From Candidatus Thorarchaeota archaeon (GTDB lineage: Archaea > Asgardarchaeota > Thorarchaeia > Thorarchaeales > Thorarchaeaceae), in contig JAWOEX010000010.1 in NCBI GenBank assembly GCA_046482545.1, positions 79,849 to 143,848 of the forward strand: a stretch of DNA of 64,000 bases, in the 5' to 3' direction. Made by a program: the position numbers and the translations under genes. Each line of letters begins with the position of its first letter. Position 1 is the first letter of the stretch. Under the pieces are notes generated by a model. It worked only from the letters and a program-made list of their open reading frames with translations, did no database searches and had not been told where the DNA came from. This document shows, in pieces, positions 36,434 to 46,635 of the stretch.

Positions 36434-36645
36434 ATCCCAATTACTTAGATAGAATATAATAAACTGTTACAGTCTCATAATGAGAAAACCATAGTTCTAA
36501 TACCATGTTCTATGCCTCGTAGAGAGCCTTTAGGAGGCATTGGGCAGAAACAAATACTGAACAAATGTTTTTCAGACAGAAAGTATAGATGCAGTTGGAA
36601 AGGCCGACACGGATTTAATTGTTTATCTTAACAATCGGACATCAG

Positions 36646-37335
36646 TCAAGAAGAGACTAATCCATTCAACTGCTTTCGCAATGCGGGAAGGATTTCTTTG
36701 AGCTCATCAAATACTTCCTCTGCACCTGCTTCCAAAAGATCTTCCTTTTTGACTTCGCCAGTTGCAACTCCCCAGAAGGGAATATTAGCTCGTTTAGCGG
36801 CCTCAGCATCTATTGTAGCATCACCAACATAAACAGCCTCCTGTGGTTGTACATCCAATCTCTCCAAAACGCGCAATAACCCATCAGGAAAAGGCTTCGG
36901 ATTTGGTGATTCATTACGCGTCTGAATAACGTCAAAGAGGTGTTCTACATCGATTTGATCCAGTATTCTGTCAACGGCTTCTCTGCCATTATTGGTCAGG
37001 ATAGCAGTCTTCAATCCCATATCAGATACGGATTGTACAACAGACCTAGCGCCATCCAGCAACCGAACCTCACTAGCTGCATCAGACTCGTGCTTATTGA
37101 GTACAACATCAACCTCTTTCTGAAGCTGCTGCCATTCTTCCTCAGACATTCCATCATTTCTAAAATACTCTCTTGCCTTCATAGTAGAACTGGATATACC
37201 GTCGGTTGAATCAAGCAGATGCGGAGGGAGACCCTTTTCTAGATAGAATTTCTTGGTGTCATTGCGCATCTTGTTTAAGGGTAGCATCAGAGCTATTATT
37301 GTGCCATCAAGATCAAAAATTACAGCTTCAAGCAT
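36646..37335 (-). CDS. HAD-family hydrolase (phosphatase)
   Basis: VIFDLDGTI motif I, SG/T motif II and GDATID motif III-IV. Confidence 0.85.
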   Translation of the reverse strand: MLEAVIFDLDGTIIALMLPLNKMRNDTKKFYLEKGLPPHLLDSTDGISSSTMKAREYFRNDGMSEEEWQQLQKEVDVVLNKHESDAASEVRLLDGARSVVQSVSDMGLKTAILTNNGREAVDRILDQIDVEHLFDVIQTRNESPNPKPFPDGLLRVLERLDVQPQEAVYVGDATIDAEAAKRANIPFWGVATGEVKKEDLLEAGAEEVFDELKEILPALRKQLNGLVSS

Positions 37336-37504
37336 TCAGGGCTTCACCCGTGTGGCCTACAGGAAAAACGTGAGGGTCGTTATGGCTACTAAAACCTATC
37401 GGATTCACAATATTCATGAATGATGAATCCAAGAATAACAGAAATCTTACAAAATCCTAGAAGAGTCGAGTACAAAAGTGCAAGATAACTGTAAAATTTT
37501 CTGC

Positions 37505-37830
37505 AGTGCTATTGTAGCCTTGGAGGGGAGTTTATGAGGCCCAGTACGAGAGACCGGTCTAGTGGGACTAGGGCGGTGGGCCACTCCCCGCGGGAGAAGC
37601 GCTCAGCCCCGAAGGCTGTGAGAGGGACTCGTTCCACTAAGCAGAAGTCCCCACTCTCCACTAAAGGAACTCCATCAAGTTCCGGAGTGTCCGCGGTTGT
37701 TCACATTGTCTGTAATGAACCTCCTCAGCGGCAGCGACAAAGCCCCTGCTGACTCAAGGGCATACTGGGTACCCTTGCAGGCGGCGACGCTGGCAGGGGA
37801 AGGGTGGAACACAGAAGTTTCAAACAGTCT
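37505..37830. ncRNA. Candidate structured ncRNA: a GC-rich, ORF-free block between two minus-strand genes (SRP RNA or RNase P RNA size class)
   Basis: About 320 bp of local GC near 60% in a ~43% GC background, with dense helices (for example CUCAGCC-CCGAA-GGCUGUGAG and GGGAC...GUCCC). The only ORF is R/S/P-rich noise. Confidence 0.4.
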
Positions 37831-37903
37831 AGTAAACTGTAAGTAACAAGTCATATCAAGAGCTGTGGCTGTCCCAAGTCAAGTCAATACAGGATGCTAT
37901 ATT

Positions 37904-38413
37904 TCATTCGGGAGCACCACTAATCACAAGCGATTTTACGCATGTTCTTTCCTCATTGGCCGGTTCTAAAACCTCCATCTCAACCGATGGAGTGACACCT
38001 TCAGCAATAGCCCTGACATATGGCAAACAAACAGATTCACAGTACAGCATTCCCCGTTCTTTGAACTTCTCATACTGTGGACAATACGGATGCTCAGTAT
38101 TGACTCGAGTCTCTGATACTTTTACAACTTTCATTTTTGCCCCCATCACATGGCCTACAACTCTCCATGCATCCACAGCATCTACCAATGTTTCACCCAA
38201 ACCAAGCCGATCCTTCAGTTGCATAGCGTCTTCCTCACCAAGCTTCCGGAAGACCTCAGAAAGTGCATCTAGACCTTCACTCCCAAACCGGTCATGGAAC
38301 ACTACGGCTGACTCCACCATGAGCCTAGCTAGGTTATCCCTAAGCTCGGATACCTTCTGACCCGAAGGAATGAGGCCCCGTTTCGCAAAGACCCTTGTTA
38401 ATCCCATAATCAA
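37904..38413 (-). CDS. Hypothetical protein
   Basis: 169 aa. Conserved-looking Cys/His residues, no family assigned. Confidence 0.5.
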   Translation of the reverse strand: MIMGLTRVFAKRGLIPSGQKVSELRDNLARLMVESAVVFHDRFGSEGLDALSEVFRKLGEEDAMQLKDRLGLGETLVDAVDAWRVVGHVMGAKMKVVKVSETRVNTEHPYCPQYEKFKERGMLYCESVCLPYVRAIAEGVTPSVEMEVLEPANEERTCVKSLVISGAPE

Positions 38414-38552
38414 AACCTACCCGAATGCATCCTTCGCTTCTAATGAAGCTTGTTGATGATGCCGTGGATTAAGGCAAATCAGAATGTAGGGATTCATTAA
38501 GTCATGAAGAATGATATATACCTAGTACGGACAAGAAGAGCTGTGATATGCA

Positions 38553-39581
38553 TTGCAGGAAAATGTAAACATTACACGTAATTCGATGAGCAGCTTAGTT
38601 GATGCCTTCTTCTCTTTGTTAGCTAAGAAAACACTACAAGAGAATACACAGCAAGCGGCAAAGAAACTTGCAATTCCAAAGACAGAAGGTATCTGCACAG
38701 TCGGTATGGGAGGAAGTTCAATTGCAGGTCAAATTGCCATTGCCTTACTTAACGATTCCTCATCTATACCTTTGACATTCGTAAGGGACTATCAGCTGCC
38801 AGCGTTTATAGATGATCGATGGACTGTAATTGCTGTAAGCTATTCGGGAACTACCGAAGAAACGTTATCTGCATACAACGACGCAGACTCAAGGGGTTGT
38901 GAGCTATTCTGCGTGACAACGGGAGGAGAGCTCGGAGCATTGTGTAGTTCAGATAGAACTCATGTCCTACCGAAGGGAATTCAGCCGAGGGCTGCCCTTC
39001 CCATGATTCTAGCGGCTGTATTGCCTCTTATGCAGTGCTTGCTTGGTAACAGGCCTACAGATTTTGAGCGCTTATCAGAAAAGCTGACTGATAGGCAGAA
39101 GGAATTGAAAGGTTCTATGAAGGAGCCCCAAGAAATAGCCACTCATATTCATCAACGGATACCCGCCTTCATAGGTTGGCGACATCTTGCACCTGTAGCA
39201 TACAGAGCAAAGACCCAAATCAATGAAAATGCCAAATCAACGGCATATAGCCTAGAACTGCCCGAGGCCAATCACAACGAGATAGAGGCCTCAGCTGCTT
39301 ACGCTAATCAATCAATAGCTCCAATTCTATTAAGAAGTGCATACGAGGACGAACAGACAAGAAGACGCTTCGAGGCAACAAGCAAGATTCTCGAGCAAGA
39401 AAGCGTCGAGGTTGAGAGTATACAGTTTTCTGGTGAATCCAAGCTCGAAGAGGTTCTATACGCAATACAATATCTCGACGCGGTATCAGTACGCCTTGCT
39501 GACATCCGTGGAGTGAATCCGATGGATGTTCCTCAGATTTCATTGCTTAAAGCAATTCTCGCAGGAAACAGTGAACTCTAA
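38553..39581 (+). CDS. Bifunctional phosphoglucose/phosphomannose isomerase (SIS domain)
   Basis: ICTVGMGGSSIAGQI and VIAVSYSGTTEETL SIS motifs. Confidence 0.8.
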   Translation: MQENVNITRNSMSSLVDAFFSLLAKKTLQENTQQAAKKLAIPKTEGICTVGMGGSSIAGQIAIALLNDSSSIPLTFVRDYQLPAFIDDRWTVIAVSYSGTTEETLSAYNDADSRGCELFCVTTGGELGALCSSDRTHVLPKGIQPRAALPMILAAVLPLMQCLLGNRPTDFERLSEKLTDRQKELKGSMKEPQEIATHIHQRIPAFIGWRHLAPVAYRAKTQINENAKSTAYSLELPEANHNEIEASAAYANQSIAPILLRSAYEDEQTRRRFEATSKILEQESVEVESIQFSGESKLEEVLYAIQYLDAVSVRLADIRGVNPMDVPQISLLKAILAGNSEL

Positions 39582-40124
39582 AGGCTCTACGATATCCACT
39601 CCTACCTGACTGAACGATACCACACGAACCTCAGAGGCGTCAGAGTCGAAAGTATGATAGAATATAGTTAGAACAACTGAAAAGGTCCAGTTCGATTCTT
39701 CATATGCATTGTAGAGAATTTCTTTATCTGAATCTACCGTGATTGTGGAGCCAATCGTGTGATTCTTGTCATATCCTGGAAATAACTCCCTGTCTTCCAT
39801 TGATAGTCGCTTTCTAAAGAAAGTATAATCGAAGGATTCGCCATTGAGGTAAACGCTCGCCCGGAGAAAAGTGACTGACGCCTTACCTGAAAGGCCATCA
39901 GGAACCTGCATATTGAAAGACAGAGTTAAGGAGGGGTTTACCGTCTCATTCTCGAGCTGAAGATTTTGAGCTTTTATCCCGAGCAAATCTACTTCTAGAT
40001 ATCGAACCATAAGATAACTGCCCGAGTAATACGCCGAACTACCTGCTAGACTAACACCACTCAATACCCCGATAATTAGTGTTATTGCCATGATTGCGTT
40101 TTGTGAGCGTTCACTAGATATCAA
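39540..40124 (-). CDS. Secreted or membrane-anchored hypothetical protein
   Basis: N-terminal signal anchor (AIMAITLIIGVLSGVSLAGS). Confidence 0.45.
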   Translation of the reverse strand: MISSERSQNAIMAITLIIGVLSGVSLAGSSAYYSGSYLMVRYLEVDLLGIKAQNLQLENETVNPSLTLSFNMQVPDGLSGKASVTFLRASVYLNGESFDYTFFRKRLSMEDRELFPGYDKNHTIGSTITVDSDKEILYNAYEESNWTFSVVLTIFYHTFDSDASEVRVVSFSQVGVDIVEPLEFTVSCENCFKQ

Positions 40125-40181
40125 TCAAATCTCTCCCTTGAATTCGCATTACTCTTTGCATCAGCAACACTTGCCTGTTAA

Positions 40182-41048
40182 TCATACTAGGTATATCAAT
40201 GTGGCCAAATGAGCAGCCCAAGGAAACATACCTAAAATTGCAGGTATTGGAATAGCTGGGAAGATCTTCCCTTTCTGCGCCAGTACGGTCAAATTAATCA
40301 CGACTCCCAGGAAGGATAACGCCATTGAACTTAGCCAGACATGAAACGGGAAGAAAAGAAGTGCATGCGATGAGATAAGAGAATAGGCGATGAAATCCCC
40401 AACCCCGACTACGGTATCCTTGGATTTTATTCTTGTGTAGTCGAAAGGATCCTCTCCCACATTTCCAGTCATCTGTGCGGACCGAACAACAGGAGAATAC
40501 CGAGTAAGGAAGTAGTCTTCAGCTACAATGGTGAATACAAGAACAAACATTGTCGGGGTCGCCAAAGTGGCAGCGAGGAAAGTGCCAAAGACTGCACCAT
40601 AGAACGCGACGTATATATTTCGTATTGAAGTAGGAATCGCATCTACTACTACCAAGATAATGGATAACATAGAAATCCCTATCGAGAGAACCATTACAAG
40701 ACCCTCCAAAATTGTCTGACTCCCCTTGAATAATATCAGAAGAAAGGCTTGACCTAAAAACAGAGAGACAAAGAAGATGATGGGCGATACAACAAATGCT
40801 ACAACTATCTTCCGTGCACTTCGACTACGCCTGTGAAGTATCCAGAACAGTGAGAATACAACCAATGAACCTATGACTGTCGACACTAGGGCTTGCAAGA
40901 CAAGCTCCAGAGGGGTGAACGAATCTCCATTCCCTATTGTCCGCCCAATCAGAGATGTGTTCCGCACAACATAAGCCAAACCTGAGCCAACAAGAAGGGG
41001 AAGAGATGAAATTGTTACTCCTATCAAGTGATGTCTATCCAGTCTCAT
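40182..41048 (-). CDS. Polytopic membrane protein with presenilin/SPP-like GxGD and PAL-like motifs (possible A22 intramembrane aspartyl protease homolog)
   Basis: VVGVGDFIAYSL (compare presenilin GLGDFIFYS) and FPAIPIPAILG about 50 residues downstream. Roughly 9 TM helices. Confidence 0.5.
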   Translation of the reverse strand: MRLDRHHLIGVTISSLPLLVGSGLAYVVRNTSLIGRTIGNGDSFTPLELVLQALVSTVIGSLVVFSLFWILHRRSRSARKIVVAFVVSPIIFFVSLFLGQAFLLILFKGSQTILEGLVMVLSIGISMLSIILVVVDAIPTSIRNIYVAFYGAVFGTFLAATLATPTMFVLVFTIVAEDYFLTRYSPVVRSAQMTGNVGEDPFDYTRIKSKDTVVGVGDFIAYSLISSHALLFFPFHVWLSSMALSFLGVVINLTVLAQKGKIFPAIPIPAILGMFPWAAHLATLIYLV

Positions 41049-41145
41049 TTCTGGCCAGCTGAAATGACAATGAAATTAGAAAATAAATCAACTGAGTTTG
41101 GCGCAATGCGTGTTATCAAACTGTAGAACATCTCAGAAGTGCATT

Positions 41146-41180
41146 CAAAAAAAAGAGGGGATGGGGACAAGAAGTCCCCA
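41146..41180 (-). terminator. Hairpin GGGGAC-UUCUU-GUCCCC plus U9 tract directly after the oppA stop
   Basis: Plus strand reads caaaaaaaag-agggg-atGGGGACaagaaGTCCCCaag. Confidence 0.55.
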
Positions 41181-41188
41181 AGATTATA

Positions 41189-43009
41189 CTATCGCTGTCT
41201 CATCAATACATAGCCGCCAACGAGGATAACCACTGCTGCACCAACTGCACCGGCAACTACTGCCAGAGTGTAGTCAGGACCGAGTGGACCGCCGTTCTCA
41301 TCTACTGTGTAATCTGGAGCGAAGAAGTAGTTCGGGTTCCTGCTAATCTCACAGAACTCACCGGGCTGGTACTCCGACACATTGAACGGACCAGAGGTAA
41401 CCATCTCGTCAGATGGTGGATCGGGATTCCACGTATTCCAACCCTCAAGACCAATTTCGGTGAAGATATGCTTGGGGAGGACAGGCTTGTATGCGATGTT
41501 GTGTAGGTGCCAATATGACTCCGTGCTGAATTCAACCTCAAGTGTGTAAGGTGTCTTCGCGTAAGCCGCAGTCACATCGGTCAGATCAACACCGTATGGA
41601 TTACCAGGTGCATCACGGAAGTAGTTGAGTGAGAATGCAACATCTTCTGCCGTAAGCGGTTCACCATCTGTCCAAGTAGCATTCTGGACCATATCGAAGG
41701 TAAACCGTGTGTGACCATCTGGTACATCGGAATCGTCGTCGTGTGTCAGTGCCTCGTAGTCCGTGCACAGCCAGTTGAGGTCTTCGCCGTTCCAGTCAAT
41801 GGTTATGAGGCTGTCATACAGCATCATCAAGATGTTATTGGTGTACGCAGAAGAGCTAACCATAGTATTGAAGGTATCAAGGTCGAGCGGATTGCTCCAT
41901 GTGAAAGTACCTCCGTATGGTCCACCCTCGTCATCTTTGAGATGAACCTTGTAGTTTGTCCAGTATCCTGGAACACCACCGCTAACATCATTGACGAAAC
42001 CTTCGAACCGGTCAGTCCTGTAGGCTGATATCTCCTCGTTCTCGTAGGCGATAATCATTGGGGATTGATAGACCCAAATCTTCTGCATCTCTTTAGCTGC
42101 TTCCATCACGTCCTCTAGTTCAGTGCTGTAAAGCAACTGTTCCCTCCACGCGTCATAACTATCGTTGGCGAAATTCGGGAAGTTCCAGTATGGCTCATCA
42201 ACGTATTCTGACCAGTACTCGTAAGCTAGCCAGTCAACATCAAAGCTGCTGAATGATGAACCAAGGAAGACCATGTCATAATCGCCATGGAAGTATAGCC
42301 TGTTCAGGTATTCATAGAAGTCCGTTGGTTCGGAAGTGGCTTCAACACCAAGCTCCACAAGAGCGTCGGCTACGTATTGGCCAACCTCAATGGCAATCGG
42401 TGATGATTGAGCGCACTCAATGAGAACATCAAACTCCTCACCATTAGGTGCTTCTAACCAATTGTCGTCATTATCATCCACGAACCCGGCGTCTTCAAGC
42501 AATTGCTGACCAAGTTCGACGTTGGCTTCGTAGTAGTGGTAGTTCAAATCTTCTTCAACTGAGAACGGATTCACCTTTGGAACACAGCTATCCTGTGGTT
42601 CGGACAAACCATCCCAAACATCAGCTGAAATAGCCTGTTTGTCCACAGCAAAATTAAGGGCTCTCCTGAAGGCGGTTATGTTGAATGGGTATTTCGCACA
42701 GTTTATGGTTATATACCCGTATCCATTTCTCAGAACTGATTCGGTCTGTATATCCTCTGCCTCATCTAGCTCCTGCAAAAAGCTTGGGTCGACCATGTCA
42801 CCAATCAAGTCGATACTACCATCTTGCAGAGCGAGAACAGCCTGGTCTTCCTGCGAAATCACATCGTAGACAATTTTTTCCACGAACGGGCCGGTCTTCG
42901 TGTGGCCAAGATCATCCTGTGCCTTAGCAAACAATGGCGAAGCGGCCATGAATAAGAACGCAGCGACCAAGAATACAGCGAATATTCTTTTCTTACGACT
43001 GCTTAACAT
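41189..43009 (-). CDS. oppA: ABC transporter substrate-binding protein, family 5 (oligopeptide/dipeptide/nickel) with C-terminal TM anchor
   Basis: N-terminal signal peptide, SBP_bac_5-like core, and an archaeal-style C-terminal anchor LAVVAGAVGAAVVILVGGYVLMRQR. Confidence 0.9.
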   Translation of the reverse strand: MLSSRKKRIFAVFLVAAFLFMAASPLFAKAQDDLGHTKTGPFVEKIVYDVISQEDQAVLALQDGSIDLIGDMVDPSFLQELDEAEDIQTESVLRNGYGYITINCAKYPFNITAFRRALNFAVDKQAISADVWDGLSEPQDSCVPKVNPFSVEEDLNYHYYEANVELGQQLLEDAGFVDDNDDNWLEAPNGEEFDVLIECAQSSPIAIEVGQYVADALVELGVEATSEPTDFYEYLNRLYFHGDYDMVFLGSSFSSFDVDWLAYEYWSEYVDEPYWNFPNFANDSYDAWREQLLYSTELEDVMEAAKEMQKIWVYQSPMIIAYENEEISAYRTDRFEGFVNDVSGGVPGYWTNYKVHLKDDEGGPYGGTFTWSNPLDLDTFNTMVSSSAYTNNILMMLYDSLITIDWNGEDLNWLCTDYEALTHDDDSDVPDGHTRFTFDMVQNATWTDGEPLTAEDVAFSLNYFRDAPGNPYGVDLTDVTAAYAKTPYTLEVEFSTESYWHLHNIAYKPVLPKHIFTEIGLEGWNTWNPDPPSDEMVTSGPFNVSEYQPGEFCEISRNPNYFFAPDYTVDENGGPLGPDYTLAVVAGAVGAAVVILVGGYVLMRQR

Positions 43010-43161
43010 TATATCTCTATCTCCTTTACCGAGTCGAATCGGATAGTTTTACCTATTCAATATGCAATAAAAGGCTTCTGTTGGGTTTTTTCACACAAAG
43101 GAATTTGTCGAGAACACTCTCGATATACGACGATGTCATATGATACGAATGGCAACTGGCA

Positions 43162-43194
43162 CAAAAAAAGGGAGAGTACCCCAAGCTATGGGGG
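43162..43194 (-). terminator. Hairpin CCCC-N7-GGGGG plus U-tract inside the oppB-oppA spacer
   Basis: Plus strand reads acaaaaaaag-ggagagta-CCCCaagctatGGGGG. Sits 24 nt after the oppB stop. Confidence 0.4.
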
Positions 43195-43217
43195 TAGTCT
43201 CAGAGGCTGTACGTCAA

Positions 43218-44267
43218 TCAAGTATACTTGATTCTGGGATCTAGGACTCCATAGAGCAGGTCTGCAATGAAATTAGCTAGAATCGCTGTGATAGCGATAA
43301 TCATGAAAATGGCCTGAACTACTGGAAAGTCCAAAATAACCAGACTATCATAGATAAAGCGCCCAAGCCCATACCATACAAAGACTGTCTCTGTCAGAGT
43401 AGCTCCATTGATGAGAAAACCGAAGGTCATTGCAATGATAGTAACCATTGGAAGCATAGCATTTTTCAGACCATGTTTGTACAAGACCTGACTCTCATTC
43501 AGCCCCTTTGCGCGTGCAGTTAGTATGTAATCCTCTGTCATGACGTCAATTAGATTGTTCCGCATGTAGAGGAAATAACCGCCATAACCACCAACACCCA
43601 AGGCAACAACAGGCAAAACCAAGTGATGCAGGATATTGGCGGCAATCATAAGAGCCCCGAATGGACTATCTTTCGCCGCTATCCAAACGCTATAAGAGAT
43701 TGTCCCCTTCAATGGGAAGCCGATTAAACCTCCTGTCATGTTGGGAAGATAATAGCCGAACACCATAAGCAACATCATACCAAGCCAGAAGATTGGAAGC
43801 GAATAGATGAACAGCGCCACAGTCACTGCACCAACATCCTTTTTGGAGCCAGGATCAGCAGCGACTCTCACTCCTGTCCAAATTCCTAGAGCAATAGAGA
43901 CAATGGATGAAGTGCCCATCAAGAGTAGGGTGTTTGGGAGTCTCTCCATGATTTCCTCAATCACTGGTGCTTGTGTGACGAAGGAGATGCCGAAATCGCC
44001 CGTAAACATGTTGACGAGATATCGCCAGAACATATAGATCCAGTCAAAGATATCTGGGTCAGGAACAAGGCCAAACCGCAGGTATAACTCTTCAAGAGCC
44101 TTCTGTGTAAGATTACGCCGCAACTCCTCGTTTATCATGAGATCAACGGGGCTCACGTTCAGGACCAAAGTTGGAAGTCTGAATAAAAAGAAGTTGAAAC
44201 AAACAACGGCAACTACAAGCAGGAACATGTAGATGGATCTTCTGATGACATATTCTCTCAGTCCCAT
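43218..44267 (-). CDS. oppB: ABC transporter permease (OppB/DppB type)
   Basis: Six TM helices with the EAA-like loop of binding-protein-dependent permeases. Confidence 0.9.
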   Translation of the reverse strand: MGLREYVIRRSIYMFLLVVAVVCFNFFLFRLPTLVLNVSPVDLMINEELRRNLTQKALEELYLRFGLVPDPDIFDWIYMFWRYLVNMFTGDFGISFVTQAPVIEEIMERLPNTLLLMGTSSIVSIALGIWTGVRVAADPGSKKDVGAVTVALFIYSLPIFWLGMMLLMVFGYYLPNMTGGLIGFPLKGTISYSVWIAAKDSPFGALMIAANILHHLVLPVVALGVGGYGGYFLYMRNNLIDVMTEDYILTARAKGLNESQVLYKHGLKNAMLPMVTIIAMTFGFLINGATLTETVFVWYGLGRFIYDSLVILDFPVVQAIFMIIAITAILANFIADLLYGVLDPRIKYT

Positions 44268-44481
44268 TTCTAGTATTCCTCGAATTATTGATAGGCCATA
44301 CCTAGTATTGCTAGGTAGAGCATTCGATTATTGAAAAGTGTACTAATGGTAATAAAGGTGGCGTTGTACGCTAACGTAGTTGGTACAAAGCCGCCTTCAA
44401 AAGATACTAGATTTTGAGAAATTCACAAAAAAAGAAAGATGAGGCACTATCCACCTAGGGACTTCGTGCCTCTCTCCGGGG

Positions 44482-45999
44482 CTAACGTTCTCGCAGTTTC
44501 GGATTGAGAACCTGGTCCATTGTATGTCCAACAAAGGTAAATGCAAGAGACAAGGTGGTGATGGCCATACCAGGGAATATCACGAGCCACCATGCGCCAT
44601 TTGCAAAAGCTCCTGCTGATTGAGCATCAGCCAGCATGCGTCCCCAGCTGGCTAGACTAGGGTCTGTCAAACCCAAGAAAGCGAGTCCAGATTCTGACAG
44701 GATGGCCCCTACCACACCAAGCGTGATGTTTGCAAAGAGAATTGGGGTCACATTTGGCAGTATATGGCGGAACATGATATAGGTATCCGATGCACCAATG
44801 GCGCGAGCAGACTCAACATATGCTTTGTTCTTTTCTGCAAGGACCTGCGATCGAATCAACCGAGATGTTCCTGTCCAACCAAGGATTGCAATTACAACGA
44901 TGATATTCCAGATATCTCTACCCAAAAACGCGGCGAGAACCATCATCAAAGGTAGACTCGGTATTACAAGCAAGAAGTCTACAACCCTCATGAGAGATTC
45001 GTCTACTTTTCCACCGAAGTACCCTGCAACAAGCCCTACAATCACACCGACAGCAGTAGAAAGTGCCGTAGCTAGTATACCCACAATAAGAGACACTCTA
45101 GAACCAAACACTAGCTGACTCCAAGCATCAGCGCCCTTATCAGTAGTTCCAAGGATTCCGAAGTATTCACCATACACGTACATGCTCATTCTGGTGACAG
45201 TTAGATTGACAGAACCAGTATAATCATCCTGAGGTGACTCACCGCCGTAGGACAAGAATCTCTTGGTGGGGGCGAGCACACATGCAACTGTCAGCTCATC
45301 CGTTGGATCTTCTTGACTGCCTTCTTCTTCTACCATTCCGCCCCAGCCCTCCAACATGTCCCAATAGCTCAATGAGACTCTTCGGCTTTGGAGATTTGGA
45401 TTGTAGGGGGGATATGATTGGTAAATTCTCCACCAATTGTCAGAACTGTCTACTAAGTAGAGGAAGACCTTAAACATCAGCCCACCTTCATCTTTCTCGG
45501 CAAAATCACCCGTGAGTTCAACAGCAAAGTCAAATGTCATGTTAACCCCGCCGGGTATTTTATTGAACGGCCAGTCTATGCTTTGAGTGAAATAGACGTA
45601 GTCATTACAAGCTGGCCCATTCTTGGTATCTAGTGGAAGAGGCGTAGGCCAATCCATCGACCCGGGTGTATGGTCCCATCGCAATTCAACCTTGGATTGA
45701 TTAGGTCCTGAACTGGGCTCATGTCGATAGTCAAATTCATCCGTATTAGTTCCTTCGACAGTAAACTCTGGTTCTTCGTAGAAGTATGGGTCCGGCATAT
45801 ACTGGCCTGATGTGACTCCTTCAGGGTCAAAAACAGATGCCCATGAGGGAGCTCTAAAGGTTGGCGCAACTTTATTGTTTATTTTTGGATCGTGTGTGGC
45901 GAGATATGGAGCAGAAAACGCCATGCCAACATAGAACACCAGAATGGCAAGCCCGACGAAGCCTATTTTGTGACGTCGAAACTCTTTCCAGAAGCCCAT
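44482..45999 (-). CDS. oppC: ABC transporter permease (OppC/DppC type) with a ~250-aa extracytoplasmic insertion after TM1
   Basis: C-terminal permease core plus a long hydrophilic N-terminal loop. Confidence 0.9.
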   Translation of the reverse strand: MGFWKEFRRHKIGFVGLAILVFYVGMAFSAPYLATHDPKINNKVAPTFRAPSWASVFDPEGVTSGQYMPDPYFYEEPEFTVEGTNTDEFDYRHEPSSGPNQSKVELRWDHTPGSMDWPTPLPLDTKNGPACNDYVYFTQSIDWPFNKIPGGVNMTFDFAVELTGDFAEKDEGGLMFKVFLYLVDSSDNWWRIYQSYPPYNPNLQSRRVSLSYWDMLEGWGGMVEEEGSQEDPTDELTVACVLAPTKRFLSYGGESPQDDYTGSVNLTVTRMSMYVYGEYFGILGTTDKGADAWSQLVFGSRVSLIVGILATALSTAVGVIVGLVAGYFGGKVDESLMRVVDFLLVIPSLPLMMVLAAFLGRDIWNIIVVIAILGWTGTSRLIRSQVLAEKNKAYVESARAIGASDTYIMFRHILPNVTPILFANITLGVVGAILSESGLAFLGLTDPSLASWGRMLADAQSAGAFANGAWWLVIFPGMAITTLSLAFTFVGHTMDQVLNPKLRER

Positions 46000-46314
46000 A
46001 AAACTAACATACCAGCTACTGTCTTTCCAACTGGCTTTGTCTTGTTCGGAAATAATCGTAACCTCCTTTCTTCAGGAGTAGCAAAGAAACCCGCTGTTAT
46101 CCCAATTGGAGCACTTGGGTCTCTTGGCACACCTGATGGGTAATGATACTCACAAACAACGGCGGGGAGCTTGCCCTAAAAAAAGTGTCTGTCTACGTAG
46201 CAAGGGCAAAAAGAAAATGACCCTTTAAGAGTATATGAGTCGGGCATTAGAACAAACTTCGGAAGAACGCTACTGAACTGGAACGAATCTTTAAGACTGA
46301 CTGAAAATCCTGAC

Positions 46315-46635
46315 CTATTCTGCTGTGTGATGCTCGCTCTCACCCAAGAGTTCAACAAATGGATCCTCTAAATCCTCCTCGGTACACTCCCGCTCGCTCT
46401 CTTTTCTTGCCTTAATGATGTCTTTAGTTCTTCTAGAAGACGCCCACAAATCTGCAAAAACCATACCCACCAAGAATATGCTCAATGTCCCTGCAAAGGC
46501 AAGGATGATACCAATGAATCTCAAAGCAGGATGAAGATTAGCAAGTAAGAAACCCACTGCAATCAAAATAATCGGAATTAGCAGAATCCGCTTGCGTGGT
46601 TCCTCTCTTGTTCTTGGGAATGATTTAACCTTCAT
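46315..46635 (-). CDS. Small membrane protein (hypothetical)
   Basis: Two TM helices and an acidic C-terminus. Confidence 0.4.
   Translation of the reverse strand: MKVKSFPRTREEPRKRILLIPIILIAVGFLLANLHPALRFIGIILAFAGTLSIFLVGMVFADLWASSRRTKDIIKARKESERECTEEDLEDPFVELLGESEHHTAE

Noticed and set aside
37534-37752. 72-aa ORF in the GC-rich block
   Set aside because: It is R/S/P/G-rich with no start context. It is better explained as a frame through a structured RNA.
34050-37800. Shared 11-mer gaacacagaag at ~34060 and ~37788
   Set aside because: A single short match. The chance expectation is not negligible, and the flanks are unrelated.
37505-37830. Possible 5S rRNA, because octamers CCGGUCUC and GUACUGGG are shared with archaeal 5S
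   Set aside because: The order and spacing do not fit the 5S secondary structure, and the block is about 3x too long.
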